From assembly GCF_056712565.1 (NCBI RefSeq), contig NZ_CM160072.1: 64,000 nt of DNA. One strand, 5' to 3'. The notes under the pieces were generated by a model that was not told where the DNA came from, did not search any database, and saw only the letters and a list, made by a program, of their open reading frames with translations. Shown piece after piece: positions 17,966-27,322 of this stretch; within the stretch, counting starts at the first letter, position 1; every line of letters begins with the position of its first letter. A program made the position numbers and the translations under genes.

Positions 17966-19924
17966 ATGATAGTAGGGATTTTTTTAAGGTATTTTAAAAC
18001 ATACAACGGAAATCATTACATACCGTTATCTTCTGGAAGTCAGTTTTGTGGAATTGTTGGTAACAATGGAATTGGCAAAAGTTCTGTTCTTGAGGCTTTA
18101 GATTCGTTTATTAATAACAAACCATGGAATATTAATTCTTCATTTAAAAGAACCTCCAGTGACAGACCTTCTCCACATATTGTTCCTTTATATCTTATAA
18201 AGCGAGAGGAATTACATGAAGATCATCATGCTAAAGCTGAAATCTTAACGCAATTAGTATTAGAATATAGCAATAGTAATGCTGATGTTACATTGACGCC
18301 AACAACACGAAATATAATTAATACGTTTTTTGAACATATTAACAAATTAAAAAGAAATTTAAATCTCCAAGATTATTTTTTGATCCCTCTGGGTGTCGAG
18401 AAAGATGGTGATGTAAGTATTTCGATTCTTAATGGGAAGAGTTTATGTCGACTTTTGGAGGTTGATAATCCCGATAATAAAGTTTCGAGCGAGTTGCTTA
18501 GTAAGCACTTTGGGTATTTATTACATCATGTCCGCCATAAGTATGAATATATATATATTCCAAAGGATATAGACTCTGAATCGTTTACGAAGCTAGAAAC
18601 AAGTGAAGTACAAAAGTTGATGGGTGAGTCTTTAGAGCAGATAATTAAAGATAGAATATCTGATAGAACCATAAGTCAAATCAATACAGGGCTTGCCAAA
18701 TTTCTGGATGGTGTTGAAGAGGAGCTTGAAGAATATGGTTATAGAACATCTGGCGAGAGACAATCGCGATTAAAAAAGAAAGATGTTTATAATTTGATTA
18801 TCGAAGCATTCTTCAAAGTTAGGAAATTAAATAAAAAGCAGAATTCAGGTTGGATTGAAATTAGCTCGCTAAGTTCAGGGGAGAAGCAACGTGCAATAAT
18901 GGATATTGCATATGGGTTTCTTACCAATCATAGAGAAAATGGCGATAATCTGATTATTGGAATTGATGAGCCAGAATGTTCTCTTCATATGTCTGCATGT
19001 TTTGAACAATTTGAAAAGCTCTATTCTATTAGTGGTATATGTGAACAATTAATATTTACTTCACATTGGTATGGCTATCTTCCAACCGTCGAAAATGGAT
19101 GTACCACAACTATCCTTAAAACAGATTCAACTCATCATTTTGAATTATATGATCTTGCCAGTTATAGAGAAGAAGTCAGGAAGAAAGTAAAAACCTCTTC
19201 CCCGGGTATGCCATTTGATATAAAAATAAAAAGTGTAAATGACCTTATACAATCCATAATATCTAGCTGTTTGGCTGAGAAACCTTACAATTGGTTGATT
19301 TGTGAGGGTACTACAGAAAAAATATATCTTTCGCATTATCTAAAGGACTTGGTAGAAAATAAAAGGCTAAGGATTGTGCCTGTAGGGGGAGCTAGTGAAG
19401 TTAAAAAAATATTTAAGCATTTAGAAGCTTCTTATGAAGAGTTCAAAAAAGACCTCAAAGGAAAAGTGTTCTTACTAACCGATACAGATTCAGAGTTGGT
19501 GTCATATGATACCCCAGTTATGCCGCATGTTGTTTGTAAGCGAATTGTTAGTGTAGGTGATTCAGTGAAGTTGGTTGATATTTCTTCCAATCCAGTTTCT
19601 CCTGCAACAGAAATAGAGGATTGTCTTAATCCTGTATCGTTTATAGAGGCTTTAACATCATTTTCTTCACGTTTTCCTGAGCTTCAGGCATTGCTGCCTA
19701 ATAGTAATGTTATGATAGATGAAAGACATTCATCGTTTGCTGCGATGGATTTGTCACCCAAGAACAAAAAAACGCTTGATGCTTTTTTTGACCGTGAAGG
19801 AATTAAGTTTGATTTTTCAAAGGAATATATTTCAATCTGTGAGCGAAATGAGCGGAAAAGGCCAGAGTGGATTGCCAAAATTGAAAATTTTTTTATAAGT
19901 GATAAACCTGTAAAGTTTAATTGA
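17966..19924 (+). CDS. OLD-family ATP-dependent nuclease (ABC ATPase + TOPRIM), 652 aa; accessory defence-type cargo
   Basis: Walker A GNNGIGKSS, ABC signature LSSGEKQ, Walker B LIIGIDEPE, H-loop FTSHW; C-terminal TOPRIM-like WLICEGTTE and LLTDTDSE; same motif layout as host YbjD in this window; AT-rich. Confidence 0.85.
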   Translation: MIVGIFLRYFKTYNGNHYIPLSSGSQFCGIVGNNGIGKSSVLEALDSFINNKPWNINSSFKRTSSDRPSPHIVPLYLIKREELHEDHHAKAEILTQLVLEYSNSNADVTLTPTTRNIINTFFEHINKLKRNLNLQDYFLIPLGVEKDGDVSISILNGKSLCRLLEVDNPDNKVSSELLSKHFGYLLHHVRHKYEYIYIPKDIDSESFTKLETSEVQKLMGESLEQIIKDRISDRTISQINTGLAKFLDGVEEELEEYGYRTSGERQSRLKKKDVYNLIIEAFFKVRKLNKKQNSGWIEISSLSSGEKQRAIMDIAYGFLTNHRENGDNLIIGIDEPECSLHMSACFEQFEKLYSISGICEQLIFTSHWYGYLPTVENGCTTTILKTDSTHHFELYDLASYREEVRKKVKTSSPGMPFDIKIKSVNDLIQSIISSCLAEKPYNWLICEGTTEKIYLSHYLKDLVENKRLRIVPVGGASEVKKIFKHLEASYEEFKKDLKGKVFLLTDTDSELVSYDTPVMPHVVCKRIVSVGDSVKLVDISSNPVSPATEIEDCLNPVSFIEALTSFSSRFPELQALLPNSNVMIDERHSSFAAMDLSPKNKKTLDAFFDREGIKFDFSKEYISICERNERKRPEWIAKIENFFISDKPVKFN

Positions 19925-19931
19925 TAAATGG

Positions 19932-19951
19932 TCGCAGGGGAAACCCTGCGA
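19932..19951 (+). terminator. Terminator-like hairpin after OLD-like gene
   Basis: TCGCAGGG-GAAA-CCCTGCGA (GNRA-type loop) 8 bp after the stop; weak T-tract. Confidence 0.45.
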
Positions 19952-19958
19952 TATTCTA

Positions 19959-20006
19959 CTAACCTCTAACCTCTAACCTCTAACCTCTAACCTCTAACCT
20001 CTAACC
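19959..20006. repeat. Heptanucleotide tandem repeat (CTAACCT) x ~6.9
   Basis: Six perfect CTAACCT units plus CTAACC read directly from the sequence; intergenic between cargo gene and V promoter. Confidence 0.95.
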
Positions 20007-20034
20007 AGAGGGTTTATTTCTTTTCAAAGAAAAT

Positions 20035-20052
20035 TGTATCTTCTTTTATACA
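20035..20052 (+). promoter_or_regulatory. Putative Ogr-dependent late promoter element upstream of V
   Basis: TGT-N12-ACA dyad (TGTatcttcttttatACA), the conserved activator site of P2 late promoters; P2 has a late promoter before V. Confidence 0.5.
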
Positions 20053-20099
20053 AAATAAGCTGTTTGAAGAGGTTGTGTAAAGCATGGAAAAATAATCTT

Positions 20100-20678
20100 A
20101 TGAATACACAACTCACAGAAATCATGCGCCTTATCACCAACCTGATCCGCACAGGGGTAGTCACTGAAGTGGACAAGGAAAACTGGCTTTGTCGGGTGAA
20201 AACGGGCGACCTTGAAACCAACTGGATTAACTGGCTGACGCTGCGCGCGGGTAATGCCCGCACATGGTGGCGACCATCGGAAGGTGAGCAGGTGGTGCTG
20301 CTGAGTCTGGGAGGAAATCTGGAAACCGCCTTTGCGCTGCCCGCTGTCTATTCGAATCAGTTCGCACCACCGTCGACGTCGGCGGAAGCCTGCGTGACAG
20401 AACATCCTGACGGTGGCTGGTTTGAATACGAACCAGCCACCGGGCGCTGGTATGTCAGGGGCATCAAATCCATGGTCATTGAGGCTGCTGACAACATCAC
20501 CCTGAAAACCAGAGAGTTTGTGCTGGAGGCTGACCGCACGCGTATTAACAGCGAAGTAGTGATCAATGGTGGTGTTACCCAGGGCGGCGGTGCAATGAGT
20601 TCTAACGGAATTGTGGTTGATGCACATCAGCATACTGGCGTCCTGAAAGGCGGCGACACAACCGGAGGCCCGGTATGA
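20100..20678 (+). CDS. V: Baseplate spike protein gpV
   Basis: N-terminus and WWRPSEGEQV region resemble P2 gpV; synteny. Confidence 0.85.
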   Translation: MNTQLTEIMRLITNLIRTGVVTEVDKENWLCRVKTGDLETNWINWLTLRAGNARTWWRPSEGEQVVLLSLGGNLETAFALPAVYSNQFAPPSTSAEACVTEHPDGGWFEYEPATGRWYVRGIKSMVIEAADNITLKTREFVLEADRTRINSEVVINGGVTQGGGAMSSNGIVVDAHQHTGVLKGGDTTGGPV

Positions 20679-21034
20679 CGCTTTATAGCGGGATGAACAA
20701 TACCAGCGGCAAAGCTATTACTGATATTGACCATCTGCGCCAGTCGGTGCGGGACATTCTGCTGACACCGCAGGGTAGCCGCATTGCCCGCCGGGAATAT
20801 GGTTCCCTGCTGTCGGCACTGATAGACCAGCCACAAAATCCGGCGTTACGCCTGCAGGTCATGTCGGCAGTGTATGTGGCGCTGAGTCGCTGGGAGCCAC
20901 GGCTGACGCTGGATTCCATCACCATCAACAGCAACTTTGACGGTTCTATGGTGGTGGAGCTGACCGGGCGGCGGAATAACGGTGTACCTGTGTCCCTTTC
21001 CGTATCGACAGGAGCAGAGAATGGCAGTGATTGA
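20675..21034 (+). CDS. W: Baseplate protein gpW
   Basis: 119 aa; synteny V-W-J-I. Confidence 0.8.
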   Translation: MTLYSGMNNTSGKAITDIDHLRQSVRDILLTPQGSRIARREYGSLLSALIDQPQNPALRLQVMSAVYVALSRWEPRLTLDSITINSNFDGSMVVELTGRRNNGVPVSLSVSTGAENGSD

Positions 21035-21929
21035 CCTTTCGCAGTTGCCTGCGCCGCAGATTGTGGATGTGCCGGACTTTGAGACGCTGCTTACCGAACG
21101 CAAGGCAGAATTTGTGGCGCTTCATCCGAAAGATGAGCAGGAAGCAGTGATCCGCACGCTGGAACTGGAATCTGAACCCGTCACCAAATTGTTGCAGGAG
21201 AATACTTACCGTGAGTTGCTTCTGCGCCAACGCATTAACGAAGCCGCGCAGGCGGTGATGGTGGCTTACGCGATGGGCGGCGATCTTGACCAGCTCGCTG
21301 CCAACTACAACGTGAAACGCCTGACGGTGACACCTGCTGATAATGACGCTGTGCCGCCCGTTGCAGCAGTGATGGAAAGCGATGAAGCGTTACGCCTGCG
21401 TGTGCCTGCAGCCTTTGAGGGGCTTTCAGTTGCGGGACCAACTGCAGCTTATGAATTTCATGCCCGAAGCGCCGACGGTCGGGTGGCGGATGCCAGTGCA
21501 ACCAGTCCGGCTCCTGCAGAGGTGGTGCTTACTGTCCTGAGCCGTGAAGGCGACGGAACAGCAGAAAAAGACTTGCTGGATGTGGTGGAGAAAGCCCTGA
21601 ACAGTGAGAACGTCCGCCCGGTGGCTGACCGTCTGACGGTTCGCAGCGCAGAAATCATCCCGTACCGTGTGGAAGCCACCATTTTTCTCTATCCGGGACC
21701 GGAAGCGGAGCCGGTAATGGCAGCGGCAAAAGCCAGCCTGCAGAAGTACATCGCCAGTCAGACGCGGCTTGGTCGGGATATTCGCCGTAGTGCCATTTTT
21801 GCCGCGCTGCATGTTGAGGGGGTTCAACGTGTGGAGCTGGCTTCACCGCTGGCTGATGTGGTCCTGAACAAAACACAGGCCGCATCATGTACGCAGTGGA
21901 GCGTAACCAACGGAGGAACGGATGAATAG
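21021..21929 (+). CDS. J: Baseplate protein gpJ
   Basis: ATG 21021 after GGAG; synteny. Confidence 0.85.
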   Translation: MAVIDLSQLPAPQIVDVPDFETLLTERKAEFVALHPKDEQEAVIRTLELESEPVTKLLQENTYRELLLRQRINEAAQAVMVAYAMGGDLDQLAANYNVKRLTVTPADNDAVPPVAAVMESDEALRLRVPAAFEGLSVAGPTAAYEFHARSADGRVADASATSPAPAEVVLTVLSREGDGTAEKDLLDVVEKALNSENVRPVADRLTVRSAEIIPYRVEATIFLYPGPEAEPVMAAAKASLQKYIASQTRLGRDIRRSAIFAALHVEGVQRVELASPLADVVLNKTQAASCTQWSVTNGGTDE

Positions 21930-22527
21930 TCTGCTGCCACTGGGTTCAACTTCACTGGAGCGCCGACTGGCGCAGACCTGTAGCGGGATTTCTGATCTGC
22001 AGGTGCCGCTGCGTGACTTGTGGAATCCGGCAACCTGTCCGGTCAGTTTCCTGCCTTATCTCGCCTGGGCGTTCTCTGTGGATCGCTGGGACGAGGGCTG
22101 GACAGAAAGCGTCAAGCGCCAGGTGGTGAAGGATGCTTTTTATATTCATCAGCATAAAGGGACCACCAGTGCCGTGCGGCGGGTGGTGGAGCCGTTCGGC
22201 TTTCTGATCCGCATTATTGAGTGGTGGCAGACCGGAGAGACTCCGGGCACGTTTCGTCTGGATATCGGCGTGCAGGACCAGGGCATCACTGAAGATACCT
22301 ATCTGGAACTTGAGCGACTGATAAGCGATGCCAAACCATGTAGCCGTCACATGATCGGCATGTCCATCAACCTGCAGACCAGCGGCCCGCATTGGGTGGG
22401 AGCTGCCAGCTATCTTGGCGAAGAAATCACGATCTATCCGTATATCAACGAAACAATTATTTCCGGCGGCACCGCGCATGAAGGCGGAGCGGTCCATGTT
22501 ATTGACACAATGAGAGTGAATCCATGA
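21922..22527 (+). CDS. I: Baseplate/tail-fibre attachment protein gpI
   Basis: 201 aa; synteny. Confidence 0.8.
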   Translation: MNSLLPLGSTSLERRLAQTCSGISDLQVPLRDLWNPATCPVSFLPYLAWAFSVDRWDEGWTESVKRQVVKDAFYIHQHKGTTSAVRRVVEPFGFLIRIIEWWQTGETPGTFRLDIGVQDQGITEDTYLELERLISDAKPCSRHMIGMSINLQTSGPHWVGAASYLGEEITIYPYINETIISGGTAHEGGAVHVIDTMRVNP

Positions 22528-23930
22528 GCACAAAATTTTATACCCTGCTGACGGATATTGGCGCGGCGAAACTCGCCAGCGCCGCCGCGCTCGGTGTGCC
22601 TTTAAAAATTACCCATATGGCGGTCGGCGATGGCGGCGGAACATTGCCAACGCCGGACGCCAAGCAGACAGCATTGGTAAATGAGAAACGCCGGGCTGCG
22701 CTGAATATGCTCTATATCGACCCGCAGAACAGCAGCCAGATTATTGCTGAACAGGTGATCCCTGAAAATGAGGGTGGTTGGTGGATACGTGAAGTGGGCC
22801 TGTTTGATGAGTCCGGGGTATTGATTGCCGTGGGAAACTGCCCGGAAAGCTATAAGCCGCAACTGGCTGAAGGCAGCGGGCGTACCCAGACCGTGCGCAT
22901 GGTGCTGATTACCAGCAGTACGGACAATATCACCCTGAAAATCGACCCTGCTGTAGTACTGGCAACTCGCAAGTATGTGGATGATAAGGCACTGGAGCTG
23001 AAGGTGTATGTGGATGACCAAATGGCAAAACACCTTGCCGCAGCGGACCCACATTCACAGTATGCGCCAAAAGCCAGCCCGATATTTACCGGAACCCCCA
23101 AAGCGCCGACGCCAGCGGCGGGGAATAATACCACGCAACTTGCGACCACCGCGTTTGTTCAGGCGGCACTGACGGCCCTTATTAATGGTGCGCCAGCCAC
23201 GCTGGACACGCTAAAAGAAATAGCCGCAGCCATTAACAATGATCCGAAATTCAGTACCACCATTAACAATGCGCTGGCACTGAAAGCGCCGCTGTCGAGT
23301 CCGGCACTCACCGGAACGCCAACAGCCCCTACTGCCGCACAGTCGGTTAACAATACACAGATTGCCACTACGGCTTTTGTGAAATCGGCGATTGCAGCAA
23401 TGGTGGGGTCTGCACCTGCGGCACTGGATACATTGAACGAACTGGCGGCGGCGCTGGGGAATGACCCGAACTTTGCCACGACAATGCTTAATGCGCTAGC
23501 AGGTAAACAACCGCTGGACAATACGCTGACTAATTTGAGTGGAAAGGATGTTGCTGGTCTTCTCGCATACCTTGGTTTAGGAGAAGCGGCGAAAAGGGAT
23601 GTGGGCACAGGAGATAATCAGATACCGGATATGTCTTTCTGGTCTTCCGCATCGGGTGGCGTTAATTTCCCTAATGGATTCCAGATGCGATTCGGTGCTA
23701 TCGCTGGTAATGGTGGAAAATTATTTTCTACGCCATTTACAAATCAGTGCTATGGCATTGTTTTCGGACAAACATATGGAGCCAACTACTGGATGTTCAG
23801 CCCGATGTACAGAGCATCTGATCTGAGTAATACCAGTTTTGCATTCATTAACAAAGCCTGGTCTGGAATTCCGGGGACAGGTGCTCAGGACGCTGGTGAA
23901 TCAGTTTTTTATATTGCAGTAGGGTATTAA
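22524..23930 (+). CDS. H: Tail fibre protein gpH (constant N-terminal part joined to currently expressed variable C-terminal part)
   Basis: 468 aa with Ala/Thr-rich repeats (TTAFVQAALTAL, TTAFVKSAIAAM); crossover site inside the gene. Confidence 0.85.
   Translation: MSTKFYTLLTDIGAAKLASAAALGVPLKITHMAVGDGGGTLPTPDAKQTALVNEKRRAALNMLYIDPQNSSQIIAEQVIPENEGGWWIREVGLFDESGVLIAVGNCPESYKPQLAEGSGRTQTVRMVLITSSTDNITLKIDPAVVLATRKYVDDKALELKVYVDDQMAKHLAAADPHSQYAPKASPIFTGTPKAPTPAAGNNTTQLATTAFVQAALTALINGAPATLDTLKEIAAAINNDPKFSTTINNALALKAPLSSPALTGTPTAPTAAQSVNNTQIATTAFVKSAIAAMVGSAPAALDTLNELAAALGNDPNFATTMLNALAGKQPLDNTLTNLSGKDVAGLLAYLGLGEAAKRDVGTGDNQIPDMSFWSSASGGVNFPNGFQMRFGAIAGNGGKLFSTPFTNQCYGIVFGQTYGANYWMFSPMYRASDLSNTSFAFINKAWSGIPGTGAQDAGESVFYIAVGY
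23560..23585. other. Inversion crossover site (gix/hix-like), left
   Basis: TTCTCGCATACCTTGGTTTAGGAGAA fits the Din-invertase site pattern TTnTCnnAAACCnnGGTTTnnGAnAA (one mismatch); inverted copy at 25351. Confidence 0.6.
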
Positions 23931-23931
23931 T

Positions 23932-24375
23932 ATGGAAATGGTTTATAGCGCCTCAAATAATAGTTTTTTCGCTAAAAATGATGTGGCGAAATATGAACAG
24001 GCCGGATGGGAACTTGCTGATATTGTCGAAGTGACATATGACACTTACCTGGAATTTATTGAAGACAGAACGTTGCAAGGGAAAGTACGCATCGCGGGTG
24101 ATGATGGCCTTCCCACCTGGGGGGAAATTCCACCGCCAACTCATGAGGAACAAATTGCCGCAGCCGAACTGGAAAAGCAGCAATTGATTAATCAGGTCAA
24201 CGAATACATATACAGTAAGCAATGGCCTGGTAAAGCAGCGATTGGTCGCCTGAAAGGTGAGGAACTGGCGCAATATAATTTGTGGCTGGATTATCTGGAC
24301 GCACTGGAACTGGTTGATACCTCCAGTGCTCCAGATATTGAATGGCCTACGCCTCCGGCAGTTCAGGCCAGATGA
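23932..24375 (+). CDS. Tail fibre assembly protein (orientation-1 copy)
   Basis: 147 aa ending ...DIEWPTPPAVQAR, like Tfa chaperones; follows H. Confidence 0.75.
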   Translation: MEMVYSASNNSFFAKNDVAKYEQAGWELADIVEVTYDTYLEFIEDRTLQGKVRIAGDDGLPTWGEIPPPTHEEQIAAAELEKQQLINQVNEYIYSKQWPGKAAIGRLKGEELAQYNLWLDYLDALELVDTSSAPDIEWPTPPAVQAR

Positions 24376-24949
24376 CGTCCGGCGCTGTGCTGGTATCTGT
24401 TGCCGTCACCGCATCAATGTAATCCAGCACAGCGTTAAGTCGGGTGTTTTCTGTCTGCGTCAGCTTCCGCCCGGCCTGCAATTTCAGTTGAATCAGACTA
24501 ATGGAAGCCATTGCAGTATCAATCAGTGACTGACGCTGTGCTTCTGCCGCGTCTAGTGTGGCGCTATGCTGTGCCTCAGTATCTGTCACCCATTTCTCAC
24601 CATCCCATTCATCGTATGGCGTTAACGGGGCGATAGTGGTTGTATTTTCAGGGTAATCACCTGGTGCTGTGATTTCTTTTGATTCTCCTGTTTCGGTGCT
24701 AAAAACGATTTCACCGCGATGGTCTGGCACATATTCCCATGAGTTAAAATCTGCAGAACGGCAGATTGCATAACCAGCTTTACATGTAACTGGTGAATCT
24801 AAACAGGAATATGCAGGGATACCGACACCAATGGCAAGATATTCATTTGAAGTAGAAATATATTCCCGAGTTTTACCATCATAGTTATAGACGGTAATAT
24901 TCCCCGCCTTCGTGGCAATAATCTCGCTATTTAATACGGCGTTATCCAT
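24347..24949 (-). CDS. Tail fibre assembly protein (alternative, orientation-2 copy)
   Basis: 200 aa; C-terminus ...APDVIWPELPEA mirrors the other Tfa; opposite strand inside invertible segment. Confidence 0.7.
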   Translation of the reverse strand: MDNAVLNSEIIATKAGNITVYNYDGKTREYISTSNEYLAIGVGIPAYSCLDSPVTCKAGYAICRSADFNSWEYVPDHRGEIVFSTETGESKEITAPGDYPENTTTIAPLTPYDEWDGEKWVTDTEAQHSATLDAAEAQRQSLIDTAMASISLIQLKLQAGRKLTQTENTRLNAVLDYIDAVTATDTSTAPDVIWPELPEA

Positions 24950-25404
24950 TATGCAGCCCTTACGATATAGTTAAATGCAATATTTCGTGGACGGGTTTCG
25001 CTTCCGCCATATGATGATGTAAATCCCGAATATGCCCGGTGTCCCGCATCCGTCGTATTAGCCCAGGAAGGACCGCTAGAAGTATAGATGACCCCATTGT
25101 AATCATGGCCGTGTGCCTCAATGCTCCCGTCCTGAGCAGACAGGAGAGTCCGTCCTGAATCAATTCCTCTTCCATCATCCCACCCACGAATGAATTCGCC
25201 GCGTAAATCTGGCAATTTATTTGTCGGATAAACTTTTGCCAGTTCCGGATACTCTTCGGCAGAAAAAGCTGCACCGTTGCATTTCAGCCAGCCTGTTGGC
25301 GGTGTGACTGAAGGCCACGGAACAGGCACACCTACGGGTAATGCAGAGCCTTCTCCTAAACCAACGTTTAAGAAAATGCAGCGATTACGACTAACTGGCA
25401 TCAT
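24949..25404 (-). CDS. Alternative tail-fibre C-terminal variable segment (expressed after inversion)
   Basis: 151-aa minus-strand ORF; shares GLGE junction with H at the crossover site. Confidence 0.7.
   Translation of the reverse strand: MMPVSRNRCIFLNVGLGEGSALPVGVPVPWPSVTPPTGWLKCNGAAFSAEEYPELAKVYPTNKLPDLRGEFIRGWDDGRGIDSGRTLLSAQDGSIEAHGHDYNGVIYTSSGPSWANTTDAGHRAYSGFTSSYGGSETRPRNIAFNYIVRAA
25351..25376. other. Inversion crossover site (gix/hix-like), right
   Basis: TTCTCCTAAACCAACGTTTAAGAAAA; inverted repeat of the site at 23560; adjacent to invertase gene. Confidence 0.6.
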
Positions 25405-25431
25405 CCCCGGTTTTTATTCAAGGAGATGATC

Positions 25432-25998
25432 ATGCTTATTGGCTATGTACGCGTGTCAACAAATGACCAGAACACCGATTTGCAACGTAGTGCGCTGAAC
25501 TGCGCGGGATGTGAGCGGATTTTTGAGGACAAAATCAGTGGCACTAAGTCCGACAGACCGGGGCTTAAAAAACTGCTCAGGACACTATCGGCAGGTGACA
25601 CACTGGTTGTCTGGAAGCTGGACAGGTTGGGGCGCAGTATGCGGCATCTTGTTACGCTGATAGAAGAGTTGCGCCAGCGCGGCGTGAATTTCCGAAGTCT
25701 GACTGACAGTATTGATACCAGTACCCCAATGGGCAGTTTCTTTTTTCATGTCATGGGTGCCCTGGCTGAAATGGAACGCGAACTGATAGTTGAACGTACC
25801 AGGGCAGGGCTGGCTGCAGCTCGTGCTAAAGGCAGAGTAGGTGGACGCCGTCCTAAGTTGACTACCGAACAGTGGGCACAGATTGGGCGTTTACTCGAGG
25901 CCGGAGAATCAAGACAGCGTATTGCACTGATTTTTGATGTAGGCGTTTCTACCATTTATAGAAAATTTCCGGCAAATAAGAGCAATGAATCTCCCTGA
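25432..25998 (+). CDS. Serine DNA invertase (Gin/Pin/Hin family)
   Basis: MLIGYVRVSTNDQNTDLQR...VVWKLDRLGRSM... nearly collinear with Mu Gin as I recall it; catalytic Ser in YVRVST; AGGAG RBS. Confidence 0.9.
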   Translation: MLIGYVRVSTNDQNTDLQRSALNCAGCERIFEDKISGTKSDRPGLKKLLRTLSAGDTLVVWKLDRLGRSMRHLVTLIEELRQRGVNFRSLTDSIDTSTPMGSFFFHVMGALAEMERELIVERTRAGLAAARAKGRVGGRRPKLTTEQWAQIGRLLEAGESRQRIALIFDVGVSTIYRKFPANKSNESP

Positions 25999-26046
25999 AT
26001 CAGCTTTATTTTGATTATCCCTGAAAGCAGACAAATACCGTCATTT

Positions 26047-26064
26047 TGTGTGAATAACGGTACA
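26047..26064 (+). promoter_or_regulatory. Putative Ogr-dependent late promoter element upstream of FI
   Basis: TGT-N12-ACA dyad (TGTgtgaataacggtACA) about 80 bp upstream of FI ATG. Confidence 0.5.
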
Positions 26065-26140
26065 ACTGCGCTTAGCTGTTTGTCAGGCACAATCACTTCA
26101 ACATAGGGCGAAGCCTAATCCAATCAGGAGGTTCGCCACT

Positions 26141-27313
26141 ATGGCTCAGGATTACCACCACGGAGTGCGCGTTGTTGAAGTCAACGAAGGCACCCGATCC
26201 ATTACCACGGTGAGCACCGCCATCGTGGGTATGGTCTGCACGGGCGATGATGCCGATGCAAAAATGTTTCCTCTTAATAAACCCGTGCTGATCACTGATG
26301 TGCTGACTGCCAGCGGTAAAGCGGGCGAGTCCGGTACGCTGGCCCGTTCGCTGGATGCCATCGCTGACCAGGCAAAACCCGTGACCGTTGTTGTGCGTGT
26401 GCCGCAGGGTGAAACGGAAGAAGAAACCACGACCAATATCATCGGCGCAGTGACTGCTGAAGGTAAAAAAACAGGCATGAAAGCCCTGTTATCTGCCCAG
26501 TCACAGCTCGGCGTTAAACCGCGCATTCTCGGCGTGCCAGGTCACGACACGAAGGCGGTAGCTACTGAGTTGCTGAGCGTGGCGCAAAGCCTGCGTGGAT
26601 TTGCTTACCTGTCAGCGTATGGTTGCAAGACGGTGCAGGAAGCAATCACTTACCGTGAAAACTTCAGTCAGCGTGAAGGAATGCTGATCTGGCCCGACTT
26701 TACTGGCTGGGACACGGTGCTGAATGCCGAAGCAACGGCTTATGCCACCGCCCGTGCGCTTGGTCTGCGCGCCAAAATTGACGAGCAGACCGGATGGCAC
26801 AAAAGCCTGTCCAACGTAGGCGTTAACGGTGTCACCGGAATTTCTGCTGATGTGTTCTGGGATCTGCAGGACCCGGCAAGCGATGCGGGACTGCTGAACC
26901 AGAACGACGTCACCACCCTTATCCGCAAAGACGGTTTTCGCTTCTGGGGTTCCCGCTGCCTGAGTGATGACCCGCTCTTTGCCTTCGAAAACTACACCCG
27001 CACGGCGCAGGTGCTGACGGACACAATGGCAGAAGCGCACATGTGGGCAGTGGACAAACCGCTGAACCCGTCGCTGGCGCGCGACATTATCGAGGGCATC
27101 CGCGCCAAAATGCGCAGCCTGGTCAGTCAGGGGTATCTCATTGGTGGTGATTGCTGGCTGGATGAGTCGGTGAACGACAAAGACACTCTGAAAGCCGGAA
27201 AACTCACCATCGACTACGACTACACGCCAGTGCCGCCACTTGAAAACCTGATGTTGCGTCAGCGCATCACCGATCAGTACCTGGTGAATTTCGCCAGCCA
27301 GGTCAGCGCGTAA
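26141..27313 (+). CDS. FI: Tail sheath protein gpFI
   Basis: 390 aa; synteny FI-FII-E-T-U-D. Confidence 0.9.
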   Translation: MAQDYHHGVRVVEVNEGTRSITTVSTAIVGMVCTGDDADAKMFPLNKPVLITDVLTASGKAGESGTLARSLDAIADQAKPVTVVVRVPQGETEEETTTNIIGAVTAEGKKTGMKALLSAQSQLGVKPRILGVPGHDTKAVATELLSVAQSLRGFAYLSAYGCKTVQEAITYRENFSQREGMLIWPDFTGWDTVLNAEATAYATARALGLRAKIDEQTGWHKSLSNVGVNGVTGISADVFWDLQDPASDAGLLNQNDVTTLIRKDGFRFWGSRCLSDDPLFAFENYTRTAQVLTDTMAEAHMWAVDKPLNPSLARDIIEGIRAKMRSLVSQGYLIGGDCWLDESVNDKDTLKAGKLTIDYDYTPVPPLENLMLRQRITDQYLVNFASQVSA

Positions 27314-27322
27314 GGGGACAAC

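Noticed and set aside
19959-20006. CTAACCT repeat array as a possible CRISPR array or telomere-like sequence
   Set aside because: Unit is 7 bp with no spacers and no cas genes nearby; too short for CRISPR repeats. Kept as a plain tandem repeat.
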